A stretch of 64,000 bases of DNA from Fidelibacterota bacterium (GTDB taxonomy: Bacteria; Fidelibacterota; UBA2242), in contig JBAZPZ010000001.1 in assembly GCA_041645495.1 (NCBI GenBank), positions 9,730 through 73,729 on the forward strand. The letters run 5' to 3'. The notes beneath the pieces were generated by a model, which saw only the letters and a program-made list of their open reading frames with translations, was not told where the DNA came from and searched no databases. This document shows, piece by piece, positions 43,091 to 51,652 of the stretch. Made by a program: the position numbers and the translations under genes. The first letter of the stretch is position 1. Each line of letters opens with the position of its first letter.

Positions 43091-43516
43091 CTATTCTTTT
43101 ACCGTGATGCCCATGCTTTGGGCGGTTCCTTTGATCATGGCCATTGCTTGTTCGACCGTGTGCGCGTTCAGGTCCGGCATTTTCATTTTGGCAATCTCTC
43201 TGACCTGATCGATCGTGATTATTGCTACTTTCGTTTTATTCGGTTCACCGGAGCCTTTTTCTAGCTTCGCGGCTTTGAGCAGAAGCACGGATGCCGGCGG
43301 CGTCTTGGTGATAAATGTAAACGATCTGTCGGAATAGATCGTGATGACGACTGGAATCAGATAACCGATTTTGTCCTGTGTGCGCGCATTGAACGCCTTG
43401 CAGAATTCCATTATATTTACGCCATGCTGTCCTAAAGCCGGTCCAACCGGCGGGGACGGATTTGCTTTTCCGGCCTCAATATGTAACTTTACCGATGCTA
43501 AAACTTTTTTTGCCAT
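43091..43516 (-). CDS. rplK: 50S ribosomal protein L11
   Basis: 141 aa; L11. Confidence 0.95.
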   Translation of the reverse strand: MAKKVLASVKLHIEAGKANPSPPVGPALGQHGVNIMEFCKAFNARTQDKIGYLIPVVITIYSDRSFTFITKTPPASVLLLKAAKLEKGSGEPNKTKVAIITIDQVREIAKMKMPDLNAHTVEQAMAMIKGTAQSMGITVKE

Positions 43517-43523
43517 TGTTCAC

Positions 43524-44051
43524 CTATTTTTCCAATTCAACTTGTAAAATATCTAACTCTACGGGAGTCGGACGGCCAAAAATGCTGACCATGACTTTCA
43601 ATTTCTTCTTGTCTTCATTGATTTCCTGAACGATTCCTCTGAAATCGATAAACGGTCCATCAGCTACCTTGACCGGATCGCCCAACTTGAACGGAATCGC
43701 AAGTACTTCCCGACCGTCTTTTTTCTCGACTTCGCCCAAAACCCGTTTCACCTCTTCCGGTTTCAGCGGAATCGGCTTTCCCAACGCACCGACAAAACTC
43801 ATGACACCGGGGACATTTTCAACGAGATATTGAGATTCTTTGGTTATCTCCATCTTCACCAACACGTAACCGGGAAAAAATACTTTGTTACGCACGCGTT
43901 TCTTCCCCTCGCGCATCTCCATGATGTTTTCCGATGGAACGAGAACATCCTCGATGTACTTCTGCATACCGGCATGTTCAGCCTCGTGCATGATAGCCTC
44001 TCGGATCTTTTTTTCCTTGCCGGAAAATATTTTTAAAACATACCATTCCAT
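43524..44051 (-). CDS. nusG: Transcription termination/antitermination factor NusG
   Basis: NGN and KOW domains are present. The likely start is 'MEWYVLKIFSGKEKK'; the track ORF extends to 44105 and would overlap secE. Confidence 0.9.
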   Translation of the reverse strand: MEWYVLKIFSGKEKKIREAIMHEAEHAGMQKYIEDVLVPSENIMEMREGKKRVRNKVFFPGYVLVKMEITKESQYLVENVPGVMSFVGALGKPIPLKPEEVKRVLGEVEKKDGREVLAIPFKLGDPVKVADGPFIDFRGIVQEINEDKKKLKVMVSIFGRPTPVELDILQVELEK

Positions 44052-44058
44052 AGCGGCA

Positions 44059-44241
44059 CTACAATATGAGGTTGACGATTTTCGATAACAGCAAATCGAC
44101 GACAAACAGAAAGATCGACAAGATGAGCGAAAGCGCTAAAACGATGACCGTCGAACCTTTCAGCTCGTTCCAGGACGGCCAGGAGACTTTCTTCATCTCG
44201 AAAACGACCCCGTCGATGAATTCCCTGATCTTCTTAAACAT
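44059..44241 (-). CDS. secE: Preprotein translocase subunit SecE
   Basis: The 60-aa ORF has a single C-terminal TM segment; the SecE position between tRNA-Trp and nusG is conserved. Confidence 0.85.
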   Translation of the reverse strand: MFKKIREFIDGVVFEMKKVSWPSWNELKGSTVIVLALSLILSIFLFVVDLLLSKIVNLIL

Positions 44242-44294
44242 ACTCTATTCCCCTTTGTGAGGTGACATAAGCGATTCTGTCCAAAATTCGATTG

Positions 44295-44367
44295 CAGGTG
44301 AGGCAGGAATTGAACCCGCAACCCCCGGTTTTGGAGACCGGTGCTCTACCAATTGAGCTACTCACCT
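44295..44367 (-). tRNA. trpT: tRNA-Trp (anticodon CCA)
   Basis: Folded by hand. The acceptor is AGGTGAG/CTCACCT, the anticodon loop is CTCCAAA, the T-loop is TTCAATT, and the length is 73 nt. Confidence 0.85.
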
Positions 44368-44377
44368 TCATTGCCAT

Positions 44378-44527
44378 CTATCTGGTTTCCTTATGGACCG
44401 TATGTTTCTTACACCAACGACAATATTTCTTGTGTTCGACACGGTTCGGATGCAGTTTCTTATTCTTATCGGTCGAATAATTCCGCCGCTTGCAAACCGT
44501 ACATTCAAGGGTGATAATATCACGCAT
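44378..44527 (-). CDS. rpmG: 50S ribosomal protein L33 (zinc-ribbon form)
   Basis: This gene is not in the ORF track. My own translation gives [49 protein letters not shown] (49 aa), with four Cys. Confidence 0.85.
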   Translation of the reverse strand: MRDIITLECTVCKRRNYSTDKNKKLHPNRVEHKKYCRWCKKHTVHKETR

Positions 44528-44542
44528 CTTCGTTACCTTTGT

Positions 44543-45733
44543 CTATTCCAATATTTCGGTTACGACGCCGGCACCGACCGTCCGTCCGCCTTCTCGAATC
44601 GCAAACCGCAACTCTTTTTCCATCGCGATCTCCGTGATCAATTCTACCGTCACGTTCACATTGTCACCCGGCATCACCATCTCGATGCCTTCCGGCAAGG
44701 TCACGACGCCCGTCACGTCGGTCGTCCGAAAGTAAAACTGCGGACGATATCCCTTGAAAAACGGCGTGTGGCGGCCGCCTTCTTCCTTCGTCAATACATA
44801 AACTTTACCCAAGAATTTCTTGTGGGGCGTGATGCTCTTCGGCGCCGCGACTACCATGCCTCTCTGCAGCCAATCTTTTTCGATTCCGCGCAGAAGCAAA
44901 CCAACATTGTCCCCCGCTTGGCCGCGATCCAACAACTTGCGGAACATTTCAACGCCCGTCACGACCGTCTTCTTGTAGCCGCCCAGACCGATAATCTCAA
45001 CTTCTTCACCAACCTTGATGACGCCCCGGTCGATTCTGCCCGTGCCTACCGTTCCGCGTCCCGTGATCGAAAAGACGTCTTCGATCGGCATCAGAAACGG
45101 CTTCTCGATGTCGCGCTTCGGTTCCGGTATGAAACTGTCAACCGCATCGATCAATTCCATGATGCACTTCGTCTTCTCCGGATCATCCGGATTGTTCAAC
45201 GCTTCCAATGCGCTTCCCCGAATGATCGGCGTTGTGTCGCCCGGAAAATTGTACTTGTTCAGCAAGTCCCTTAATTCCATCTCCACCAAATCTATCAATT
45301 CAGGATCATCTACCAGATCTATCTTGTTCAAAAATACTACCATGCTCGGTACATTCACCTGGCGTGCCAATAATACGTGCTCTCGCGTCTGGGGCATCGG
45401 GCCGTCAAATGCCGACACAACCAATATCGCGCCGTCCATCTGTGCCGCACCCGTAATCATGTTCTTGATGTAATCCGCGTGTCCCGGACAATCCACGTGC
45501 GCATAATGCCGCTTCGGCGACTCGTATTCCACGTGCGCCGTATTGATCGTGATCCCGCGCGCTTTCTCTTCCGGCGCGTTGTCAATACTGTCAAATGTCC
45601 GTACATCCGCAAATCCTTGCTTATGCAAAACAAATGTCATCGCCGCCGTCAACGTCGTCTTCCCGTGATCCACGTGGCCGATCGTCCCTACGTTTACATG
45701 CGGTTTCGTCCGCTTAAATTGTTGCTTTGCCAT
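44543..45733 (-). CDS. tuf: Elongation factor Tu, second copy (tufB position, downstream of the tRNA array)
   Basis: The 396-aa ORF is 100% identical to the 28995..30185 copy. The antisense frames are identical too, so the nucleotide sequences are identical. Confidence 0.97.
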   Translation of the reverse strand: MAKQQFKRTKPHVNVGTIGHVDHGKTTLTAAMTFVLHKQGFADVRTFDSIDNAPEEKARGITINTAHVEYESPKRHYAHVDCPGHADYIKNMITGAAQMDGAILVVSAFDGPMPQTREHVLLARQVNVPSMVVFLNKIDLVDDPELIDLVEMELRDLLNKYNFPGDTTPIIRGSALEALNNPDDPEKTKCIMELIDAVDSFIPEPKRDIEKPFLMPIEDVFSITGRGTVGTGRIDRGVIKVGEEVEIIGLGGYKKTVVTGVEMFRKLLDRGQAGDNVGLLLRGIEKDWLQRGMVVAAPKSITPHKKFLGKVYVLTKEEGGRHTPFFKGYRPQFYFRTTDVTGVVTLPEGIEMVMPGDNVNVTVELITEIAMEKELRFAIREGGRTVGAGVVTEILE

Positions 45734-45750
45734 CGGTGCTCCTTAAGTTT
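44544..45750. repeat. 1207-bp perfect direct repeat, copy B
   Basis: See copy A; the offset between copies is 15548 bp. Confidence 0.85.
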
Positions 45751-45799
45751 TTATTTCTTCTCATTTTTTCTATTTGACGATTACTCCAAGTTTTCCATG

Positions 45800-45872
<73 letters not shown>

Positions 45873-45906
45873 ATTCAGTCTCAAATTCTCTCGTTTTCAA
45901 TGACCT

Positions 45907-45948
45907 TCCCGAAGCCTCGGGACGCTCTACCAACTGAGCTACTTGGGC
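45907..45948 (-). pseudogene. Truncated duplicate of the tRNA-Thr(GGT) 5' half (26 nt identical), followed by a GC-rich tetraloop hairpin; not a functional tRNA
   Basis: On the minus strand, GCCCAAGTAGCTCAGTTGGTAGAGCG is identical to nt 1-26 of thrT. It is followed by TCCCGAGGCTTCGGGA (a 6-bp stem with a GGCT loop). There is no anticodon arm or T-arm. Confidence 0.7.
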
Positions 45949-46027
45949 AACGAGTTCCAAGTTTTGGGTTTTGGATTCGGATAAAATCAGTGAACCTAAT
46001 CAACCATTCAACCCAATTTCTCAATCA

Positions 46028-46098
46028 ACTTTTTTGACCAGGCTGAGCGGGTGAAGGGGATCGGACCCTCGTAGCCAGCTTGGAAGGCTGGAGCTTTA
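46028..46098 (-). tRNA. glyT: tRNA-Gly (anticodon TCC)
   Basis: The acceptor is GCGGGTG/CACCCGC, the anticodon loop is CTTCCAA, and the length is 71 nt. Confidence 0.85.
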
Positions 46099-46106
46099 CC
46101 ACTAAG

Positions 46107-46189
46107 CTACACCCGCAAAAGAAGAGTGGGCCGGGATGGGTTCGAACCACCGTAGGCATTCACCGGCAGATTTACAGTCTGCTGCCATT
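46107..46189 (-). tRNA. tyrU: tRNA-Tyr (anticodon GTA), with a long variable arm
   Basis: The acceptor is GGGTCGG/CCGGCCC, the anticodon loop is CTGTAAA, and there is a 13-nt variable arm. The length is 83 nt. Confidence 0.85.
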
Positions 46190-46370
46190 AACCACTCGGC
46201 CACCGACCCACTAAGTATTTTTTGTTGATTTTTTTAGAAGAGGATTTTGAAAATTGTTTGAATCTTCAATCTGACACCTTCGAAAGCGTTTACTCTCTCC
46301 CAAAAAACCCGTCAGTCACGAGCATTGGTAACCGTCAAATCTCTATTTCAAATATCTTCATTTCAAACGT

Positions 46371-46443
46371 CGAGCCACCAGTAGGATTTGAACCCACGAC
46401 CCGCTGATTACAAATCAGCTGCTCTACCAACTGAGCTATGGTG
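46371..46443 (-). tRNA. thrU: tRNA-Thr (anticodon TGT)
   Basis: The acceptor is GCCACCA/TGGTGGC, the anticodon loop is TTTGTAA, and the length is 73 nt. Confidence 0.85.
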
Positions 46444-46740
46444 GCATTCATTTGTCAAACATTTCACCCGTCAGTTCCATCGGTCGCATCTCAACTGTCC
46501 GCGCTTTCCGGGCTACGGTAGCTATCAGTCTGCATTTAAAAAAGCCACGAAATTTACAAATAATTTTTCCCATAACAACAATATTTTTTCACTTCAAGAT
46601 CATTTTTTTGAGGACTTAACCGTCTCCAAACAATTTTTCAGTTCATTTTACTGATTACTGTCTATCGCTGAATCTTGATAATCCGCACGCCTTTGCTTTG
46701 ATGCCGCTGTCTATGCGTTTGAGAATATTTTCGATGGTTA

Positions 46741-47223
46741 TTAAAACGATTCCTTCCAAATCAAACGTGCCAGGAAATTGGCTATGTGTCCTTTAGTTTC
46801 GATTCCACGGTAATCATCGCGAAATCCGACTTGAATATTGACTGCATTACTCTGGTCTGGAGTGATGGAACCGATATACGTTGGGCTGAGCGAGTGCCAA
46901 AAGTTCAGATAGAATAATCGTTCGGATTGTCGCCCGCAAATCATTTTATCTGTCCTCAAACCGAGTTGGCGGAACAGTTCGCTGAACAGAATTCCGGTAC
47001 AGAAAACCTTGCTTTGTTTGCAGGTTTTGTACAAATCCTTGTAAGAACGGGAAAGTTTTGTTTTGACTTCATCCAGACGAAAGTCGGATTGATCGAAAAC
47101 AAATGCGAGCGCTTTTTCGTATCCCATCACTCCCAGCGGTTCAAGTTCAAACAATGCCCGAGTTCGATCAGTCTCGGTTTTCAGACTTTCAATCATCGTC
47201 CGAAAAAGAAGCCCGATTTCCAT
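46741..47223 (-). CDS. Hypothetical 160-aa protein; a standalone paralogue of the C-terminal domain of the REC-fusion protein at 50111..51652
   Basis: The motifs 'MGYEKALAFVF', 'LFYLNFWHSLSP', 'NIQ' and 'FLARLIWKESF' align with 'MPYEKMLATLF', 'RYFYQNLWHSIFP', 'NIQ' and 'FLARLIWNESFT' of the 513-aa protein. Confidence 0.6.
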   Translation of the reverse strand: MEIGLLFRTMIESLKTETDRTRALFELEPLGVMGYEKALAFVFDQSDFRLDEVKTKLSRSYKDLYKTCKQSKVFCTGILFSELFRQLGLRTDKMICGRQSERLFYLNFWHSLSPTYIGSITPDQSNAVNIQVGFRDDYRGIETKGHIANFLARLIWKESF

Positions 47224-47241
47224 GCTTAAACCCGATTAACC

Positions 47242-49542
47242 TTACCCGAGTCTTACATCTTCCATCTGGATTTGATAATACTCAAGAAACCGTCTCGCTT
47301 TATCCGCAAGAAACGCCCATTCTGATTCGAACTCTTCGAAGCGTTCTTCGAGAATCTTTAGCGCGATTGCTGTTGCGACGATATCTTTTGCATTTACCAA
47401 ACGCTCATGGATTTCATGGATGGCGGTCAGAACTGTTGCCGTGTCAATTTTTGAAATAACTAGCAGATCATTATTCAACTCCCAGTGCCCGTCGGCTTTC
47501 TGAGACTGAATAAGTCTCATCATTTCCTCGTGGTTTTCATTAACAATTGAAGGAGTAGGAGATGCCATTCGTTTTCTTGAAAATTTTGGTATATCGGGTG
47601 TATGTGAGCACAGATTACTTATCGCGTCGAAAGCGACATCGTGGTCTTCTATTACTAATGGACGATAAACAGATTCCATTTTTTTTCTAATGAATGTGGG
47701 CATTTTTGTTTCCTCGACTGCTCCATAGTTTTTTGTCAGTTCTATGGGAACTCGGCGGAGTTCAGGTTGAGTCGAGGCAACTGCGGCTTTACGCCTCTCG
47801 ATGCCAATAAAACTAGTTAGCGAATTGACTAAATTGTACTGACGTCCAAGTTCTATAATTTGTTGGTTGATCATCTTATCCGTTCTATCAGATTGGCTTG
47901 AGCCTCGATGCGCAGAAGCAGGATTTTCCTCCAAATCCCGGACTAGTCGGCGCGCCATCAAAGTCGGAACCGCTGAGTGTTCTTGGACAGTATCCGGTGA
48001 GATGGTGAACTGCCAGTCAAAAGTACATTCTCCGGATTTTGCCTGCAGATGAACATCAGCCTCAATAAGTTCGTTCAATCTGGCAAACATGGTTAGGCGG
48101 TCACCTGAGAAAAGATTGTCGATCTGAGTTGGTGTCTGGCGTATAGGTTCCATCGGGGACCAATCAAGTTTGATAGATTCAAAATGAGGCGAACGGGTTC
48201 GTTGAAAATGGCGCAGGATTTTCGGTTCAATGCGTTCACCCGGAAAAATAAACTCAGCGAAATCACCGGTGGATCGTGCCAACCCTTTAAGGAAATATTG
48301 ATTCACACCGCGACCGATACCGACCGGAAACAGATGACATGAATTCCGATATTTATTGACAAGACTGATGACTTCCGGCTCATTTCCGATCTCACCATCG
48401 GTAATCAGCAAGATCGCTTTGGATGCGTCGCTTTCCTTCTTCAATATATGCTCCAAGGGGGAGAATACTTCTGTGCCGCCCAGGTCCGCCTTAATACTCT
48501 GTGTATGCGAAATTGCCATATCGAGATTTTTCTGAGTATAATCAACCGCTGAATGAAACAATGACCGATAGGAACTCCCGAACTCGATCACTTGGAACCG
48601 GTCACCTTCCCGCAAAGAATGCAGACAGATTTGAAGCGCGTTTTGTGCTTGAGCGATACTTTCGCCAATCATCGACCCGGAACAATCGAGCAGAAAAATG
48701 ACTGTCCGGTTTGCTTTGAGCAGTACGTCGATCTGAGGGGTAAAATTCATCATCGCGACGAAGCCGGAATCGACGTCTTTCGCTAAAACGACAGAAGGCT
48801 CCTCTGGATCCTTTTTTCTGAGAACCAACACAAAATCCTGATTCAACTGAGTCGTTTCAGTTCCAAGAGAAATGACGGCTTCGTTATGAATCGTTTCAAT
48901 ACATATTGGATGTGAGGGTGACTGAAAGGACTGGAATTTATCTGCCTGCCGGACATGAATCTTCAGTTTCAAACCATAAGGCAATTCGCCAGCCACTGTT
49001 GGCGGGGATATATGGTCGATGAGCGCCGGGTCGCTTTCCGAAAGGGTTTTAGTCGGGAGATAACGCGGTGATATAGTTGTTGGCAAGAAAAAGCGAATGC
49101 CATCTCCTTCGGAATCTAATTCCATGACGTATTTGATTTTAACGAGCACAGATTGTTTCGGTAACAAATTGCCGATGCTGGCGGTGAAAATGTTCGGCCT
49201 GTCCTGGTCCAGTAAAAATGCACCCCAGCCTTTGGAAATTGATTCGTCGTATTTTTCAAATGCCGCTTCTTTCTCATCGACTTTTGCGACGATAGTCTTA
49301 TCGTCGGTTTCCACATCGAAACCGCAGACGGCGGCAGATTCGGGAAGTGGAAACGAATACACTGCTTCAATCGCTTTTTCTTCGATGTTCTGATAGCGCT
49401 GCTGTACCTCGACTTCTGCGGAAAAGTCGTCGATATGCGCTTCGACACTGACACCGCGCAGGGGAACTGGTGTCGCGTTATCTGCCTGAAACACGCCGAA
49501 ATACTTTTCATCGTTGGAAAGATGAGAACTCTTATTCAACAC
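47242..49542 (-). CDS. Cytoplasmic VIT (vault/inter-alpha-trypsin) plus von Willebrand factor A domain protein, with a ~300-aa C-terminal region of unknown function
   Basis: The 766-aa ORF has no signal peptide. It has an N-terminal VIT pattern, and a vWA domain with the MIDAS motif 'LLDCSGSM' and 'LITDGE'. Confidence 0.7.
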   Translation of the reverse strand: MLNKSSHLSNDEKYFGVFQADNATPVPLRGVSVEAHIDDFSAEVEVQQRYQNIEEKAIEAVYSFPLPESAAVCGFDVETDDKTIVAKVDEKEAAFEKYDESISKGWGAFLLDQDRPNIFTASIGNLLPKQSVLVKIKYVMELDSEGDGIRFFLPTTISPRYLPTKTLSESDPALIDHISPPTVAGELPYGLKLKIHVRQADKFQSFQSPSHPICIETIHNEAVISLGTETTQLNQDFVLVLRKKDPEEPSVVLAKDVDSGFVAMMNFTPQIDVLLKANRTVIFLLDCSGSMIGESIAQAQNALQICLHSLREGDRFQVIEFGSSYRSLFHSAVDYTQKNLDMAISHTQSIKADLGGTEVFSPLEHILKKESDASKAILLITDGEIGNEPEVISLVNKYRNSCHLFPVGIGRGVNQYFLKGLARSTGDFAEFIFPGERIEPKILRHFQRTRSPHFESIKLDWSPMEPIRQTPTQIDNLFSGDRLTMFARLNELIEADVHLQAKSGECTFDWQFTISPDTVQEHSAVPTLMARRLVRDLEENPASAHRGSSQSDRTDKMINQQIIELGRQYNLVNSLTSFIGIERRKAAVASTQPELRRVPIELTKNYGAVEETKMPTFIRKKMESVYRPLVIEDHDVAFDAISNLCSHTPDIPKFSRKRMASPTPSIVNENHEEMMRLIQSQKADGHWELNNDLLVISKIDTATVLTAIHEIHERLVNAKDIVATAIALKILEERFEEFESEWAFLADKARRFLEYYQIQMEDVRLG

Positions 49543-49993
49543 GGTTTTTCTCCTTTATTGGGTTTATAAATATTATTCCTAATTGATTCTTGAGATAGGT
49601 TGAGATTTCAATCAACACCGACGGCGCTGGGACTTTGACAGGGTGCGAAAATTCCAGTGTGAGTCCTTCGGTGATGCGGACACGCGTGACGATTTCCCGC
49701 GTCGGAGTTTCGATAATTGGTTCCGGCTGTTCCGAATTCAAATGCACGGCCTGTCGGAGCAAAATTCCCTGCTTCTGAAGATCGCGCAAGCGGGCGATCT
49801 GCGTCAAATGCTCGTCTGTGTAATAACTACCCCGTCCAAGTCCAACCGGGGGTGACATCAAGGCGTTCTGCACGTAAAAACGCACGGTGCGGCGACTGAC
49901 TCCCGCCAGCTCCGCCAATTCTCCGATCTTGTACTGTTTTTCTTCTTTCATGGCTTGAATATAACACTTGACTGTCGCATTGTCAAGTGTCAT
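49532..49993 (-). CDS. MerR-family transcriptional regulator
   Basis: The 153-aa ORF has the N-terminal HTH 'YKIGELAELAGVSRRTVRFY'. It overlaps the start of the VIT-vWA gene by 11 nt. Confidence 0.7.
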   Translation of the reverse strand: MTLDNATVKCYIQAMKEEKQYKIGELAELAGVSRRTVRFYVQNALMSPPVGLGRGSYYTDEHLTQIARLRDLQKQGILLRQAVHLNSEQPEPIIETPTREIVTRVRITEGLTLEFSHPVKVPAPSVLIEISTYLKNQLGIIFINPIKEKNRVE

Positions 49994-50110
49994 ATTAAAA
50001 ATATTTATTTGTGGATACTGGCTTAGGAGAATTCTTAGTGAGGATATTTAATTGTACTGGCGGTTTGTCCAGATCGCTGGTATTGATGAGTTTGAGAATA
50101 CCGTTGTCGG

Positions 50111-51652
50111 TTACGTAAACGATTCGTTCCAAATCAAACGTGCCAGAAAATAGGGAAACGAATTGTCCTGTATATTTACCCGTTCGAATTTAACAAGCAT
50201 CAGAATCGAATCTTTTCCTTCCATCGGATCTTTCACACATAGCTTAGCAGGGAAAATGCTGTGCCAAAGATTTTGATAGAAATATCTCTTTGCGTTTTGG
50301 GCGACAATATTTTTTAAATCCGGATCGGATTCTCTTCTCAAAGAGTTACCAATACCCTCAAGCAATTGATTGAAAAAGTTACCGTCCGGATAAATTTTAT
50401 TATCTTCTAAAAAACGTTTTAAATCACAATATGATTGCAGAATGGCTTTTCTGATTTGGTTATCATCAAGAACTTCAACAGGTTCAAAGAGCGTAGCCAA
50501 CATTTTTTCATAAGGCATTCTTTGGTTGAATTCAAGATTGAACCAGGCGCGCATCGCAATCATAAAAAAGAACGCTGCGTCCTTCGGACACAAATCGTCC
50601 GCGATCTGGCCATGAGACGACCAGTTTCGCAATAATTTCATCTGCCGCTCATAGTTGTTCTTGAAACGGTATTCAATGTCAAAGTTTGATAAATGCTCAA
50701 TAAAATGACCGGCGCTCATTTCCCATTCGGCGGATAGTTCTTTGATGAACTGATAATAGAGTGACTCAGCGTTTTCCGGCGGATTCAGCGGGAAAAAATT
50801 CTCCAGCTTTGACAGATAATCGCGGATATATTCCTTTTCAATTTTTGAATCTGTTGTTCTGTTGAAAAGAATCCACTCAGCGATTTCTTTTTCCAGCCGG
50901 TCTTTTAAATAACGGCAGGCATTGATGATTCCCCTTCTCAGTGCAATGTACGGAAAGTGCGCTCCGCGTTTAGTCAGGCGATTGTCGAGCCAGGCATGGA
51001 AATTCGCGACGTCGCTCTTGTGAATCGAAGGTGCCAATTCGGATAAAGCATCACAAAATTTTTCCTCAAAACGGTCATAAAGGTCTTTATTGGTTTCTCC
51101 GGCTTTCATCTTCCGAATGACTTCGGTTAGAAACTCATTTATCCGCTGAATATTGCCCATCGTCTGATATTCCTGCAATATTTCATCAAACGCCTCGTTG
51201 TCCGGGTCAGAAAGCAACTCTCTGATTTTTGCGATAATACCTATAAAATGCTCGGGATTTTTTGTTTCCAGCAGACGGTCTTTATAGGTTTTGACCCGGT
51301 AACCATTGGAAGCATGTCCTGTCAGGAAAACAATCCGGTCGTTATGAAATCCTTGCCGTATTAGCTGCTGATAGAGATAAAATCCGGACTCCTCGAGAAA
51401 CTCTGTATTTTTTCGCCCAAATTCATGGGCAATTTTTCTCACCAATTCCGTTTCCGGAAAATCTTTCAGATTAAGGTCGAATACGACAAGATCATATTCC
51501 GAAGTCGCTCTATGAATAGCGGCGTAACAGTCATCAAAATTGCGGGGAATATCCAGCCGGTTTACTTCGTCGGTGAAAAAACCGCTTTCCTGAAAGAGGA
51601 TACGGTCTCTTTGATCACCCTGCGGGGCGTCTTCGATCCAGAGAATGTTCAT
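50111..51652 (-). CDS. Response-regulator receiver (REC) domain protein fused to a ~400-aa domain of unknown function
   Basis: The N-terminus 'MNILWIEDA...DLVVFDLNLKD' is a CheY-like acidic pocket and phospho-acceptor Asp pattern. Its start overlaps the upstream kinase gene in an ATGA arrangement. Its C-terminus is paralogous to the 160-aa protein. Confidence 0.6.
   Translation of the reverse strand: MNILWIEDAPQGDQRDRILFQESGFFTDEVNRLDIPRNFDDCYAAIHRATSEYDLVVFDLNLKDFPETELVRKIAHEFGRKNTEFLEESGFYLYQQLIRQGFHNDRIVFLTGHASNGYRVKTYKDRLLETKNPEHFIGIIAKIRELLSDPDNEAFDEILQEYQTMGNIQRINEFLTEVIRKMKAGETNKDLYDRFEEKFCDALSELAPSIHKSDVANFHAWLDNRLTKRGAHFPYIALRRGIINACRYLKDRLEKEIAEWILFNRTTDSKIEKEYIRDYLSKLENFFPLNPPENAESLYYQFIKELSAEWEMSAGHFIEHLSNFDIEYRFKNNYERQMKLLRNWSSHGQIADDLCPKDAAFFFMIAMRAWFNLEFNQRMPYEKMLATLFEPVEVLDDNQIRKAILQSYCDLKRFLEDNKIYPDGNFFNQLLEGIGNSLRRESDPDLKNIVAQNAKRYFYQNLWHSIFPAKLCVKDPMEGKDSILMLVKFERVNIQDNSFPYFLARLIWNESFT

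Noticed and set aside
44393-45274. A 293-aa plus-strand ORF, and the 152/149/74-aa ORFs, overlapping the second tuf copy (with mirror copies at 29220-30431).
   Set aside because: They are antisense to EF-Tu. They are duplicated only because the tuf repeat is duplicated, and do not represent separate genes.
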